Shown piece by piece: positions 36,793 to 47,116 of a DNA stretch of 64,000 nt (positions are counted from its first letter, which is position 1; every line of letters begins with the position of its first letter). Origin of the DNA: Candidatus Hadarchaeales archaeon (GTDB lineage Archaea > Hadarchaeota > Hadarchaeia > Hadarchaeales > JAWBSP01); NCBI GenBank assembly GCA_038842485.1, contig JAWBSP010000001.1, forward strand, positions 1-64,000, read 5' to 3'. Both the position numbers and the translations under genes were made by a program. Below the pieces are notes generated by a model. It was given only the letters and a program-made list of their open reading frames with translations, ran no database searches and was not told where the DNA came from.

Positions 36793-37233
36793 ATGAAACC
36801 AGTGAGGATGGTTGACGTTTCCGAGAAGGGAGAGACCACTCGTTTGGCAGTGGCAGAAGGGAAAATCCGCCTCAGGCAGGACACCTTGAGGGCGGTGAGG
36901 GAGAAAAAGGTAGAAAAGGGGGATGTACTAACGGCGGCAGGACTCGCAGCCTTGAACGCGGTCAAAAGAACTTCGGAGATACTCTTTCATTGTCATCCAC
37001 TGGAGCTCACCTCCGTGGAACCACGCTTCAGATTTCTGGAGGATGGGATTCAGGTTTCGGTTGAGGTCAAGGCCGTTGGGAAGACAGGAGTGGAGATGGA
37101 AGCACTTGTGGGTGTCAGCGTCGCCCTGCTCACTATCTGGGACATGGTAAAGGCCTTGGAGAAGGACAGGGAAGGGCAGTATCCTTTCACCCGCATCTCG
37201 GATATAAGGGTGGTCAAGAAGGTGAAAGGTTGA
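36793..37233 (+). CDS. moaC: Cyclic pyranopterin monophosphate synthase
   Basis: MVDVSEK, KGDVL, CHPL, TGVEMEAL, IWDMVKA. Confidence 0.95.
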   Translation: MKPVRMVDVSEKGETTRLAVAEGKIRLRQDTLRAVREKKVEKGDVLTAAGLAALNAVKRTSEILFHCHPLELTSVEPRFRFLEDGIQVSVEVKAVGKTGVEMEALVGVSVALLTIWDMVKALEKDREGQYPFTRISDIRVVKKVKG

Positions 37234-37733
37234 ACTTCGAGAAGCACAGAGCGGAGGCACCCACCAAGCTCAGGATTGCGGTGGTAACCATCAGTGATAA
37301 GAGGGCGAGGGGAGTGGAGGAGGATATTTCAGGAAAACTCCTTCAGGAAGGGCTAGAAAAAGAGGGCTTCACCGTGAGTAGGCATCTGCTCCCCAACGAA
37401 AGTGAGAGGATAGCTTCACTCGTGAGGGAGCTACTGGATCATCAGGACGTGGATGCTATCATCACCATTGGTGGAACCGGAATCTCCTCGAGGGATGTGA
37501 CCATCGAGAGCATCAGGCCCCTTCTCCAAAAGGAGCTGCCAGGATTTGGAGAAATGCTCCGACACTTGGGATATCAGAAGGTGGGCACACCAGCGTTGCT
37601 TTCGAGGGCCTTGGCCGGCTCGGCTAAGGGAAAGCTGGTATTCTGCCTTCCCGGCGCTCCAGCAGCGGTGTCGGTAGCGCTCGAACTTCTTCTTCCCGAT
37701 TTATCCCATTTAGTGAAGCATGCAAGGGAGTGA
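37230..37733 (+). CDS. moaB: Molybdopterin adenylyltransferase MoaB
   Basis: VTISD, GGTGISSRDVT, PGFGE, LSRALAG, LPG. Confidence 0.92.
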   Translation: MNFEKHRAEAPTKLRIAVVTISDKRARGVEEDISGKLLQEGLEKEGFTVSRHLLPNESERIASLVRELLDHQDVDAIITIGGTGISSRDVTIESIRPLLQKELPGFGEMLRHLGYQKVGTPALLSRALAGSAKGKLVFCLPGAPAAVSVALELLLPDLSHLVKHARE

Positions 37734-38934
37734 GGCGAGGGGAGGGTTTCCCCGTTACACTAGACTGGCTCAGGCTCTGACACTTATTCGGGAGAAGCTG
37801 AGAAGGTTGCCGAGCGAGAAAGTTGCACTTGAAGAAAGTTTCAACAGAGTTTCAGCATGTAATATCTATTCCAACATCGATCTCCCTCCCTTCGATCGAG
37901 CTGCTATGGATGGATATGCTGTCAGGGCTCAAGACACGAGAGGGGCTTCAGAGCTCCATCCAGCCCGTTTGAGGGTTATTTCCCGCGGGAACCGAATCAG
38001 GGCGAAGGAAGCGGTGGCAATTGCCACTGGTGAGCCACTTCCTCTAGGCTCGGATGCGGTGGTCCCAGTGGAGAGGACGAGGAGGGAGGGGGATGCGGTG
38101 CTTGTTATGGAACCCATTGCTCCTTGGGAGAATGTTTCCAGAAAAGGGGAGGATGTGAGAGCAGGGGAGGTAATCGTAAGGGAGGGCAAGAGGCTGGGGC
38201 CGGCGGAGGTGGGGCTACTAGCGGCGTGCGGCTATGTGGAGGTGGAGGTGGTGAAGAGGCCCAGCGTTTTCGTCATTCCCACAGGCGGGGAACTCACCAA
38301 ACCCGGTAAACCGCTGGAACCTGGAAAGATTTATGAGTGCAACAGCTACTCCATTCGGGCTTCCCTTCTCAGCTGTGGAGCCGTACCACATGTTTCGAAT
38401 CCTGTTGAGGATGATGTTGGAGTTCTTAAAAGAGCTCTTAGGAGGGGGGCAGTGCATGATATGAGTTTGGTTTTGGGCGGTAGCTCGGTGGGGGACAAAG
38501 ATCTTGTAGCCTCCGCCATAGCCGAGGAGGGGGAGCTCTTCTTTCATGGAGTGGCTATCAGACCAGGATCCCCCACCGCTTTTGGATTCGTGCACGGCAA
38601 GCCAGTTTTTTCCCTCCCCGGATTCCCAGCTGGCTGTCTCGTCGCCTTCGATCTTCTAGTCAGGCCCGCGCTTCAACGGATGCTGGGGTGGAGGGAGGAA
38701 CCGAGGAAAATAACCGCCAAACTTGGGAGGAAGGTGGCCTCGGTACTGGGAAGAGTAGATGTGGTGAGGGTGAAGGTGGAGGAGGTAAACGGGGAGCAGG
38801 TGGCATTTCCTATCAGGGTAACTGGCTCAAGCGTTCTGAGTTCTCTTTCAAAGGCAGATGGTTATCTTCTTATTCCCGAGGATATAGAAAAAATAGAGGA
38901 GGGGGTTCAAGTTGAAGTTATCGCTTACCGATAA
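37720..38934 (+). CDS. moeA: Molybdopterin molybdotransferase MoeA
   Basis: PPFDRAAMDGYA, IATG, TGGEL, GGSSVG, RPGSP, LPGFP. Confidence 0.92.
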   Translation: MQGSEARGGFPRYTRLAQALTLIREKLRRLPSEKVALEESFNRVSACNIYSNIDLPPFDRAAMDGYAVRAQDTRGASELHPARLRVISRGNRIRAKEAVAIATGEPLPLGSDAVVPVERTRREGDAVLVMEPIAPWENVSRKGEDVRAGEVIVREGKRLGPAEVGLLAACGYVEVEVVKRPSVFVIPTGGELTKPGKPLEPGKIYECNSYSIRASLLSCGAVPHVSNPVEDDVGVLKRALRRGAVHDMSLVLGGSSVGDKDLVASAIAEEGELFFHGVAIRPGSPTAFGFVHGKPVFSLPGFPAGCLVAFDLLVRPALQRMLGWREEPRKITAKLGRKVASVLGRVDVVRVKVEEVNGEQVAFPIRVTGSSVLSSLSKADGYLLIPEDIEKIEEGVQVEVIAYR

Positions 38935-39370
38935 GGTCCTAATCAGACCTGCTAGGGAGGGGGATTTGCAGGGGGTTCTGAGAGTGGAGTACGAGTCCTT
39001 CAAAGATCCGTACCCTCTGGACTTGCTCCGGCACCTGCTCGCTAGCAATCCCCTGAGTTTCTTGGTATCAGAGGTTGACGGGAAGATCGTGGGTTACATC
39101 ATAGGAACGGTGAGATGGCTGAACATAGGACACATCCTGGCCATAGCTGTGGATCCCAAGTATAGAAGGAGAGGCATCGGGACCATGCTTATGAAGGCCG
39201 TAATGGACTACTTCGAGAAGAGGGCAGTGAGGAAGGTGAGGCTTGAGGCTAGGGAGAGCAACGTGGTGGCGAGGCGCTTCTACTCCTCCCTTGGTTTTTC
39301 AGAGGTGGGAAGGGTTCCCTACTACTACTCCGACGGGGAAACCGCAATCGTATTCGAGCGCGAGTTGTGA
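38912..39370 (+). CDS. RimI/Ard1-type N-acetyltransferase
   Basis: HILAIAVDPKYRRRGIG, SNVVARRFY, YYSDGETA. Confidence 0.88.
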   Translation: MKLSLTDKVLIRPAREGDLQGVLRVEYESFKDPYPLDLLRHLLASNPLSFLVSEVDGKIVGYIIGTVRWLNIGHILAIAVDPKYRRRGIGTMLMKAVMDYFEKRAVRKVRLEARESNVVARRFYSSLGFSEVGRVPYYYSDGETAIVFEREL

Positions 39371-39380
39371 AAAACAGCTC

Positions 39381-40511
39381 CTAGTGTCTAAAGATCTCCT
39401 CGGGAGTGAGAACCCTGATATTGGGAGGAACCCTCGCTAAATCCTTTCTGACGCAGATGAGATACTCAACTCCTCGCTGGGCCGCCAACTCGGTCAGCTC
39501 CTGTGTAGCCACACCGTCGACGACCAGAGCCCAGACACCCTCCATTTTTGGAAGTTCTTCTTTTACTTCTCTTACCGGTATCTCCTTAAGCACCTCAAGA
39601 GAGCGGTTCAGCAGTCGTGCTTTAAGCGAGCCCCTAAGCTCTGCTGCTATCTCAGAAAGTTTTCTCAGGTTTTTCTCGACCTCTTCTTCCCGTCCGAGCG
39701 CGGCGACCGGTACTCGATTCCTGAGGGCTCTGTAAATCTCTTTGACGGTGAGTTCCTCCACGCTCTTTCCGGGTGGAGGTCTGGCGACGTATTCCACCTC
39801 CGCCACCTGTAGGAGTTCCTTCAAGATGAGATCTCCACCCCTATCGTTGTCCAAGAAAGCTGTGGTGATTTTTCGCTTGGTGAGTTCCACCACTGCAGGA
39901 GGGATGCCCGCCCCCCCAATGGCAATCACGTTTTCTATACCCGCCTTTAAGAGGTTGAGAACATCAGCCCTTCCCTCCACTACGATGATGGAGTCCGAGC
40001 TTTCGACTTTAGGTCCCGCTGGTAGCCCAGCGTACTCTGTTATTTCGGCTTGGTGAATGGACTCCCGTAGGTTTCTAAAGATTTCCAGTGTTTCTGGGGT
40101 TTCCACTTCCCGCATGAGCTCTCTTGCCCTTTTGATCACAAATTCCCTCTTGGAGGCCCTCACGTCTTCGACTCTCTCCACCGTTATCTTAGCCTCGCAG
40201 GGTCCTATTCGATCGACTGTTTCTAGAGCTCCTGCTAGCAGACAGGTTTCCATTTTGTCAAGCCCGGAAGGTAAGAGGATGGTCCCGCTGGTCTTCCCCT
40301 GAGAGGAGGTTATGTTTACCTTGATTCTGCCCACCTTCCCCGTTCTGAGGAGTTCTCTCAGCTCAAGTTCCTCACCCAGCAGGCCTTCAGTCTGTCCGAA
40401 GATAGCTCCTACCACATCCGAGGGCTCCACCACTCCATTAACCTCTAGCTTCGCGTGGACGAGGTACTTTACCGAACCCCTCTCTAACTCCTCGTTTTTT
40501 GGTCTTTCCAC
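39381..40511 (-). CDS. dnaG: Archaeal DnaG (TOPRIM, exosome-associated)
   Basis: DVVGAIFGQTEGLLG, VVEGRADV, DNDRGG. Confidence 0.93.
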   Translation of the reverse strand: MERPKNEELERGSVKYLVHAKLEVNGVVEPSDVVGAIFGQTEGLLGEELELRELLRTGKVGRIKVNITSSQGKTSGTILLPSGLDKMETCLLAGALETVDRIGPCEAKITVERVEDVRASKREFVIKRARELMREVETPETLEIFRNLRESIHQAEITEYAGLPAGPKVESSDSIIVVEGRADVLNLLKAGIENVIAIGGAGIPPAVVELTKRKITTAFLDNDRGGDLILKELLQVAEVEYVARPPPGKSVEELTVKEIYRALRNRVPVAALGREEEVEKNLRKLSEIAAELRGSLKARLLNRSLEVLKEIPVREVKEELPKMEGVWALVVDGVATQELTELAAQRGVEYLICVRKDLARVPPNIRVLTPEEIFRH

Positions 40512-40930
40512 TTTATCCTCTCCAAAACAGTCTTCAATCTTACTAAGCTTTCCACTTCTTTAAACCTTTTCTTCAGTTTCTTCAGCTTCTGGTAGGGTTC
40601 TAGGATGGGCTCCACCCCAAGCTCATTCAGGTGCTTAGAGCAGAAAGAGGCGAGCTCCTCCCCCTTTTCATCAAAGTCCGTCAGGATCACAACTTTCCGA
40701 TCCTTCAGTCCCTCCAAGAAACCGAGCCTCCTCCTCTGACTGGAGAACTCGAGAATCTTGCCGCGAATACCCAAGCTTTCCAGAGCCTCCTTATCTCTTC
40801 TTCCCTCCACAAGGATGGGTATCCCCTCCGAGGCCAGCTCTTGAAGTTCTAGCAGCACCTCTCCCGTCTCGACCAGCTCGGCCTCTAGGTCTCCTCGATC
40901 CAGAGCCCTTTCCTCACGCATCCTTGGCAT
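40484..40930 (-). CDS. Small TOPRIM-domain protein (RNase M5-like); start uncertain
   Basis: LVEGRRD, LTDFDEKG. Overlap with the upstream Zn-finger ORF makes a later start possible. Confidence 0.75.
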   Translation of the reverse strand: MPRMREERALDRGDLEAELVETGEVLLELQELASEGIPILVEGRRDKEALESLGIRGKILEFSSQRRRLGFLEGLKDRKVVILTDFDEKGEELASFCSKHLNELGVEPILEPYQKLKKLKKRFKEVESLVRLKTVLERIKWKDQKTRS

Positions 40931-41046
40931 GTGTTTATATCCGAGAGAAAGCAGGTGGAACACACCATTTTGCCGCAAATCTTGCACCTCTGAAGGTTCG
41001 AAGCGGATTTCCCGCAGGCTTCACAGGTCTCTACAAGCTTTCCCAT
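40885..41046 (-). CDS. 53-aa Cys-rich zinc-finger protein (not in ORF track)
   Basis: MGKLVETCEACGKSASNLQRCKICGKMVCSTCFLSDINTCQGCVRKGLWIEET*; four CxxC pairs; GGAGGAG upstream. Confidence 0.8.
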   Translation of the reverse strand: MGKLVETCEACGKSASNLQRCKICGKMVCSTCFLSDINTCQGCVRKGLWIEET

Positions 41047-41052
41047 CGTTTT

Positions 41053-41553
41053 CTAACTCCTCCTTAAAAGGGTGTTTTTACTTTTCGCCAGCTGTCTGGC
41101 AGTTTCCCTTTTCTCCCAGGGGTAAACAATCCAGCTCCTCACTTCTTGGAGATAGAAATCTGGGATCTTCACGCTCCAAGGTTTGTAGTGGAGCGTTGCG
41201 GTTTTGACCTCCTTGGCCCCCTTTTTCCTTACGTGCTCCTCCGCTACCCTCAGAGATTCCCCTCTGTCAGCCACATCATCCACCACCAACACTTTCTTCC
41301 CCCTCACGTTTGCGTTGAGCGGATAGATGAGTTTGGGTTTTTTTCTAGTCTTGCCTGGGGCAAGGTAGTACTCCACCTGTAGGCTTGCCAGACGTGAAAT
41401 TCCCAGCTCATCGCAGAGAATTCTTGCCACCGGAAAACCACCCCTGCTCACTGCCACCATGACATCTGGCCTGAAGTTGGCCCGCCTTATTTTGAGCGCA
41501 AGCCGATGACAGAGTTTGTCCACATCCTCCCAGCCGAGATGGAGGAGTCGCAT
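41053..41553 (-). CDS. Purine phosphoribosyltransferase family protein
   Basis: SRGG, PRPP-binding motif VLVVDDVADRGESL, WIVYPWE. Confidence 0.9.
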   Translation of the reverse strand: MRLLHLGWEDVDKLCHRLALKIRRANFRPDVMVAVSRGGFPVARILCDELGISRLASLQVEYYLAPGKTRKKPKLIYPLNANVRGKKVLVVDDVADRGESLRVAEEHVRKKGAKEVKTATLHYKPWSVKIPDFYLQEVRSWIVYPWEKRETARQLAKSKNTLLRRS

Positions 41554-42095
41554 CAGTACGGTCTCTCTTTCATTCTAAGTTTGAAGGCCAGCACGTTGGT
41601 TCCCAAGTGAAGCGCAGGAGTGATCAATAGCAGAAAGATTACCATCGGCCGAGAGGGACGGAAAAATGGATAGGCGAAGAGAAGTGCCAGAACCAAAAAA
41701 CCGAGCTGATCCAGCAGGAAGGCTGGATCTCCTCGTGCCATGCCGAGCCTCCGTTTTACGAAGCTCCCCAATAAATCTCCAGTGAGGGCTCCCAGTGAGA
41801 GTAGGGAGGAGAGCCGGAGGTAGGAGGGAAGGGAACCGAGCCCAGGCACCGGTTCCGCGGTTTCGAGAATGAATGGATGGAGGAGATAAAGCACTAGCCC
41901 AGTCACAATTCCCGCAGCGAGCCCTGCTAGGAATCCCCTGATGGTTTTCCCTGGGCCGAAAAGAGGTCTTCCGTCAAGGAACTTTCTGTTGCCGTCAATG
42001 GGTCTGCCACCACCGAAGGCAACGGGCGAAGCGTTGGCTACATACGCTGGGAGAATGAACCAGAGCGCATATCCCACCGTCTCCCAAGCACCCAT
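41553..42095 (-). CDS. carS: CDP-archaeol synthase
   Basis: PAYVAN, DGRPLFGPGKT, GDLLGSFVKRR, LDQL. Confidence 0.92.
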   Translation of the reverse strand: MGAWETVGYALWFILPAYVANASPVAFGGGRPIDGNRKFLDGRPLFGPGKTIRGFLAGLAAGIVTGLVLYLLHPFILETAEPVPGLGSLPSYLRLSSLLSLGALTGDLLGSFVKRRLGMARGDPAFLLDQLGFLVLALLFAYPFFRPSRPMVIFLLLITPALHLGTNVLAFKLRMKERPY

Positions 42096-42144
42096 TTTTT
42101 CTCCACCGAAAGATTTTTAAAGGGGGGCGACTTGAAAGATTTGA

Positions 42145-43776
42145 ATGGTTGCTGAGAGTGCTGTTCCGGTGTTGATACTGCCAGAACGAACGGCTAGATA
42201 TGTAGGTAGAACTGCCCAGCAGATGAATATCTTGGCAGCTAGAGTGGTGGCGGAGGCTATTCGAACCACCTTGGGACCGAGGGGGATGGACAAGATGCTC
42301 GTGGATAGCATGGGGGATGTCACTATAACCAATGACGGTGCCACCATCCTCAAGGAAATGGATGTCGAACATCCGGCTGCCAAGATGATGGTGGAAATCT
42401 CCAAGGCGCAGGATAATGAGGTCGGAGACGGTACCACCACCGCTGTCGTGCTGGCGGGGGAACTCTTGAAGAGAGCCGAAGATTTGCTTGGTCAGAACAT
42501 CCACACTACCTCCATTATTGCTGGTTATAGGCAGGCCGCGCAGAGAGCCATGGAGGTTCTCAGCCGTATCGCCGTTCCGATTTCGAAGGAGGAAAAGGAT
42601 AAACTTCGCTTGGTGGCCCTGACTTCCCTCAGTGGCAAGGGGATAGGGGATTACGAAAAGTTTGCGGATGTCTGTGTGGAGGCCATCCTCCAAGTGGCGG
42701 AGGAGCGGGATGGGAAGATTAAGGCACTCGTAGACAACGTAAAGGTGGACAAGAGAATCGGGGGAAGTGCCATCGACACCCAGCTGGTGAAAGGTTTGGT
42801 TCTGGACAAGGAGGTTGTTCACCCCGGCATGCCCAAGCGCATCACTGATGCCAAGATCGCCCTTCTGAACTGCGCTCTCGAGATCGAGCAGACGGAAACC
42901 AAGGCGAAGATAAATATTGAGAGTCCAGAGCAGATAAAGGCCTTCCTAGATGAGGAGCAGAGGCTACTGAAGGAGATGGTGGAGGAGATCAAAAGGGCTG
43001 GGGCCAACGTGGTGATTTGCCAGAAGGGGATTGATGATGTTGCCCAGCACTTCCTTGCAAAGGCAGGCATCCTAGCGGTCAGAAGGGTTAAGGAGTCGGA
43101 CATGGAAAAGCTAGCCAGAGCCACCGGGGGAAAGATCGTCACGAGCGTGAAGGAGCTTACTCCTGCTGATTTGGGCTTTGCCCAGCTGGTGGAAGAGAGG
43201 AAGGTTTCGGGGGAGAAGATGGTTTTCATAGAGGGTTGCAAGAATCCAAAGTCAGTCAGCATCCTAGTGAGAGGAGGAGCAGAGCACGTGGTGGACGAGG
43301 CAGAGAGAGCCATCCACGATGCCCTCTGCGTCCTGTCAGTGGCACTTGAAGAGGGGAAGATTCTGGGTGGGGGAGGTGCGCCCGAGCTCGAGGTGGCCAA
43401 AGAGCTCAGGAACCTAGCCGAGAGCGTGGGCGGGAAGGAGGCCTTGGCTATTAACGCTTTTGCCGATTCCATGGAGGTCATCCCTCAGACTCTGGCCGAA
43501 AACGCTGGACTGGATCCAGTGGACATTCTGACACAGCTCAGAGCTGAACATGGGAAGCCCAACTCGCAGTTCATAGGCCTCGATGCACAGAGTGGCAAGA
43601 TAGTTAACACCCTCGAGATGGGTATAATCGAGCCGCTGAAGGTTAAAACACAGGCCATCAAATCAGCCAGCGAAGCAGCGGAGATGATCCTGAGGATAGA
43701 CGACGTGATTGCGGCGGGGAAGTTGGAGAAGGAGAAGGAGAAAGAGGAGGGGAAGAAACCGTCGACCCCTGAGTAG
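42145..43776 (+). CDS. Thermosome subunit (group II chaperonin)
   Basis: [36 protein letters not shown]. Confidence 0.97.
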   Translation: MVAESAVPVLILPERTARYVGRTAQQMNILAARVVAEAIRTTLGPRGMDKMLVDSMGDVTITNDGATILKEMDVEHPAAKMMVEISKAQDNEVGDGTTTAVVLAGELLKRAEDLLGQNIHTTSIIAGYRQAAQRAMEVLSRIAVPISKEEKDKLRLVALTSLSGKGIGDYEKFADVCVEAILQVAEERDGKIKALVDNVKVDKRIGGSAIDTQLVKGLVLDKEVVHPGMPKRITDAKIALLNCALEIEQTETKAKINIESPEQIKAFLDEEQRLLKEMVEEIKRAGANVVICQKGIDDVAQHFLAKAGILAVRRVKESDMEKLARATGGKIVTSVKELTPADLGFAQLVEERKVSGEKMVFIEGCKNPKSVSILVRGGAEHVVDEAERAIHDALCVLSVALEEGKILGGGGAPELEVAKELRNLAESVGGKEALAINAFADSMEVIPQTLAENAGLDPVDILTQLRAEHGKPNSQFIGLDAQSGKIVNTLEMGIIEPLKVKTQAIKSASEAAEMILRIDDVIAAGKLEKEKEKEEGKKPSTPE

Positions 43777-43790
43777 CCACGGGTGTTTAT

Positions 43791-44006
43791 CTGATCCCCA
43801 AACTCGATTTTTACAAGGTTAGGCCGTACACCCGCTTCGAGAAGGCCAGGATCATCGGGGCTAGGGCGCTTCAAATCTCCATGGGTGCACCCGTTCTGGT
43901 TGAGGTTCCCAAGGGCATGACCAATCCTATCGACATTGCCTTGTATGAGTTCGAGCAGGGGGCTTGCCCCATAACGATCCTCCGACAAAAGGTAGAGGAA
44001 GAGTAG
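43791..44006 (+). CDS. rpo6: RNA polymerase subunit Rpo6 (K), probable CTG start (not in ORF track)
   Basis: [22 protein letters not shown]...[15 protein letters not shown]. In-frame TGA at 43770 and no ATG/GTG/TTG before the motif; GGGTG 43781-85 precedes CTG 43791. Confidence 0.9.
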   Translation: MIPKLDFYKVRPYTRFEKARIIGARALQISMGAPVLVEVPKGMTNPIDIALYEFEQGACPITILRQKVEEE

Positions 44007-44017
44007 AGCAGATTTTA

Positions 44018-45043
44018 ATGGGGGTGCAGATCGGGGAGATCGTCCCCAGCTCAGAGATTACCCTGGAACAGCTCTCGGGCAAGGTGATCGCCCTCGATGC
44101 AATGAACATGCTGCACCAGTTTCTCTCCATCATCAGACAGAGGGACGGAGAACTTCTCATGGATTCCAAGGGGAGAGTCACCTCTCACCTTTCTGGAATC
44201 TTCTATCGCACAGCAAACTTGCTCGAGATGGGAGTGAAACCTGTTTACGTCTTCGATGGCAAGCCACCTCCCCTAAAGCACCTTACGCTGAGCCGGAGAA
44301 CCCTAGGAAGGGAGGAGGCGGAGAAAGAGTGGAAAAGGGCCCTCGAAAGAGGGGACCTAGCGGAGGCGAGGAAGTTTGCCCAGAGGGCGGGCAGGGTGAC
44401 GGAAGAAATGGTGGAGCAGACCAAGCAGCTTCTGAACTACATGGGAGTGCCTTGGGTTCAAGCTCCGTGCGAAGGGGAGGCACAGGCTGCATATCTCGCG
44501 AAGAGGGGGGATGCTTGGGCCTCGGCCAGCCAGGATTTTGACAGCCTGCTTTTTGGTACCCCCATTCTGGTCAGGAACTTGGCCCTTACAGGTCGCAGAA
44601 AGCTACCGGGGAAGGATTTCTATGTGGAGGTTAGACCCGAACGGGTGGAACTCAGGGAGGTCCTCAATTCACTGAATCTCACTCAGGAGCAACTGGTGGA
44701 TCTCGGAATTCTGGTGGGAACAGACTTCAACGAGGGGGTGAAGGGGATTGGGCCGAAGCGCGCCTTGGAACTGATCAGGAAGCACGGCTCCTTGGAGAAG
44801 ATTGTAGAGCAGAAACTCTTCGAGTTTGAGGTCGATCCGCTGGAGGTAAAACGGGTTTTCCTGAAGCATGAGGTGACGGACAACTACAGGCTCTCGTGGG
44901 GTGAGCCCAACCCGGAAAAGATCAAGGAGTTTCTTTGCGAAGAGTTTGATTTTTCTGAACAAAGAGTACAGTCAGGCATAGACAAGCTTGTGAAGGGGAG
45001 GAGCAAGGGAGAACAGGTCTCGCTGGAGCGCTGGTTCGGCTAG
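44018..45043 (+). CDS. fen: Flap endonuclease 1
   Basis: MGV start at 44018, QFLSIIRQRDG, FDG, EGEAQ, SQDFD, GTDFN, GIGPK; PIP box QVSLERWF. Confidence 0.97.
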   Translation: MGVQIGEIVPSSEITLEQLSGKVIALDAMNMLHQFLSIIRQRDGELLMDSKGRVTSHLSGIFYRTANLLEMGVKPVYVFDGKPPPLKHLTLSRRTLGREEAEKEWKRALERGDLAEARKFAQRAGRVTEEMVEQTKQLLNYMGVPWVQAPCEGEAQAAYLAKRGDAWASASQDFDSLLFGTPILVRNLALTGRRKLPGKDFYVEVRPERVELREVLNSLNLTQEQLVDLGILVGTDFNEGVKGIGPKRALELIRKHGSLEKIVEQKLFEFEVDPLEVKRVFLKHEVTDNYRLSWGEPNPEKIKEFLCEEFDFSEQRVQSGIDKLVKGRSKGEQVSLERWFG

Positions 45044-45684
45044 CCTTTCCAGCCGAATTTTCCAATCAGGGGAACGAAGGAGCAGCCGCCCCTCTCCTCG
45101 AACTTCATGGAGCCATCCTTCTGCTTCTCCCCCACCGTCCAAGTCTGGAAGAGGTAGTCTGTTCCCACAGGTGCCCCAATTCTGCCACCCACTGCCAGCT
45201 GTTTGATCAGAGGTGGAGGGATTTCAGGGGTGCAGGCCGTCACCAGTATTCGGTCCCAAGTTCCCTCCACCCCCAAGGTACCGTCTCCAACCCTTACCTC
45301 CACCCAGTAATAGCCCGTGCGCTGGAGGTTCTTTCTCCCGAATTCGGCGAGTTCAGGAATTCTCTCCACACTCACCACTCTTCCCCTCTTCCCCACCAGC
45401 TCCGCTAGCAGTGCGGCGTTGTACCCTGACCCAGTTCCTATCTCCAGAACCTTTTCACCACGTTTCACCTCAAGCGACTCCAGCATGATGGCGATCATGG
45501 AAGGGGCGGAAATGGTTTGTCCGTAGCCAATGGGGAGAGGGGTGTCCTCATAAGCGCTGGCTCTCAACTTTTCGGGGACGAACTCCTCTCTGGGAACTTT
45601 TTTGAAGGCCTCAATGATTTCAGGCTTGGTCAGATATCCCCACTTAATCAGGGAATTGAGTAACCTTTCCTTGCTCTCTCCCAT
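45040..45684 (-). CDS. pcm: Protein-L-isoaspartate O-methyltransferase
   Basis: VPREEF, GQTISAP, LEIGTGSGYNAA, FVPLIG. Confidence 0.94.
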   Translation of the reverse strand: MGESKERLLNSLIKWGYLTKPEIIEAFKKVPREEFVPEKLRASAYEDTPLPIGYGQTISAPSMIAIMLESLEVKRGEKVLEIGTGSGYNAALLAELVGKRGRVVSVERIPELAEFGRKNLQRTGYYWVEVRVGDGTLGVEGTWDRILVTACTPEIPPPLIKQLAVGGRIGAPVGTDYLFQTWTVGEKQKDGSMKFEERGGCSFVPLIGKFGWKG

Positions 45685-45753
45685 TACCTAATTGTTCACG
45701 CGCGATTTAGTGCGAGTTCAGCATGCCGCCCAACTTTTCCCGCCTCAATCGTG

Positions 45754-47001
45754 TTAAAGGAAGACGATAGCCTGTAAGACACTCTCTGAGTCGCGTACCG
45801 ATGGTACCACGATCTGCTTCACCCCTCTTACCACTCTCTCCACCGGTTGCTTGGGGTGCTTGTGTCCTGCGATCACCAGTTCCAGTCCTTGAAGGGACAG
45901 AACCTCGTCCCAGCCACCCACTACCCCCAGCTCGTTTTCGGTGGAGGGATAGTGTGTGAACAAGATGACGTTTTCACTCGGAAGGTGTTGCTTCAGCCAC
46001 CGGAGTTGTTCTCTCTCCACCGACCCCTTCTCCGCGTCCGTGAGGCTCCAAGGTCGGCCGGAGTTCACCCCTGCGAAGTAGTAGCTCCCGAGCTGGAAGC
46101 CGAAGGCATCGAAGGAGTTAAGTTCGAGGTAAAAAGGTTCCAGCCACCTCCTCCCAAAGAAGAAGGTGATTCTAGTCCACCAGTCATGGTTCCCGGGCAC
46201 CAAGAAGAGGGGCAGATCAGACTCCGCTAAGATGTCCGAGAGTTTCTCCCAGTTACGCCATCCCGACCAGTCCACCAAGTCTCCAGTCAAGAGAACCAAA
46301 TCCGGCTTCACATTTTCGGCCAGATGGGCAAGCACCGCGGCGAGCTTCTGGGCGTTCAGCGGGTTGCACTTAACGATTCCGTTCTCCACCTTCTTCTTAA
46401 TGGTCTCATTGATGTCCCTGAGGAACTTTCCCACCACTGGTAGGTTCTCAGTCCATCCTGGGAGGGGTTTGGGCCTCATGTCAAAGGGCAACTTGAGGTT
46501 CTCCTCATCGACGTGGATGTCTGAGAGGATGGCCACTAGGGGGAGGTCTGGCTTGTTGGGAATTACTGCCAGCGAATTCCTACCCTTTCTTTCCCCCAGT
46601 GGTTTTCTGTTTGCTCGCACGGCTAGGTCATGCATTCCAGATGCTAGATTTTCTGGAAGCCCAATTCTGATTCTCCAGATTCCATGGTTCTCAGCGGTTC
46701 CGAGGATTGGCACCGGCAGGTTATCGATGAGGACCTCAAACTCTACGGAGGGGGCGCGGTGGAGCACCCAGACCTCTAGCTCCGAGCCGGGAGTTGCCAA
46801 GGTGGGAAACCCTAGGCTGGGCCAAAGAAGGAGTTCATCCCAGCTCTTCTCGAGGACCAGCAATCCAAGCGGGGTATCTCTGAATTCGAACTCGGGGGAG
46901 CGGATCCCAGCAAAAGGCCAGAGAAAGAAGGCGGAAACCGCGGCAAGGGCTAGGAGGCACCCCAGTGCCACGGTATCAGGGGAGGAGGACGGGGATTCCA
47001 T
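45754..47001 (-). CDS. Membrane-anchored extracellular metallophosphoesterase
   Basis: N-terminal TM, SDIH, TGDLVD, GNHD, THYP, GHKH; probable ATG at 47001. Confidence 0.78.
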   Translation of the reverse strand: MESPSSSPDTVALGCLLALAAVSAFFLWPFAGIRSPEFEFRDTPLGLLVLEKSWDELLLWPSLGFPTLATPGSELEVWVLHRAPSVEFEVLIDNLPVPILGTAENHGIWRIRIGLPENLASGMHDLAVRANRKPLGERKGRNSLAVIPNKPDLPLVAILSDIHVDEENLKLPFDMRPKPLPGWTENLPVVGKFLRDINETIKKKVENGIVKCNPLNAQKLAAVLAHLAENVKPDLVLLTGDLVDWSGWRNWEKLSDILAESDLPLFLVPGNHDWWTRITFFFGRRWLEPFYLELNSFDAFGFQLGSYYFAGVNSGRPWSLTDAEKGSVEREQLRWLKQHLPSENVILFTHYPSTENELGVVGGWDEVLSLQGLELVIAGHKHPKQPVERVVRGVKQIVVPSVRDSESVLQAIVFL

Positions 47002-47116
47002 CCTTGATTGGGTACTTCCTCCCGCACCTTCTGCAGACAAGTCCACGCTTCAGTTGCAGGTCACCCCTGCAGACCGGGCAGGCTAGAATCCTGAGGAGTT
47101 CAGGATTGAGCTTCAC
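46976..47116 (-). CDS. Trm112-like methyltransferase activator
   Basis: LLRILACPVCRG...CRRCGRKYPIKDGIPVLL; probable GTG start at 47116. Confidence 0.88.
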   Translation of the reverse strand: MKLNPELLRILACPVCRGDLQLKRGLVCRRCGRKYPIKDGIPVLLP

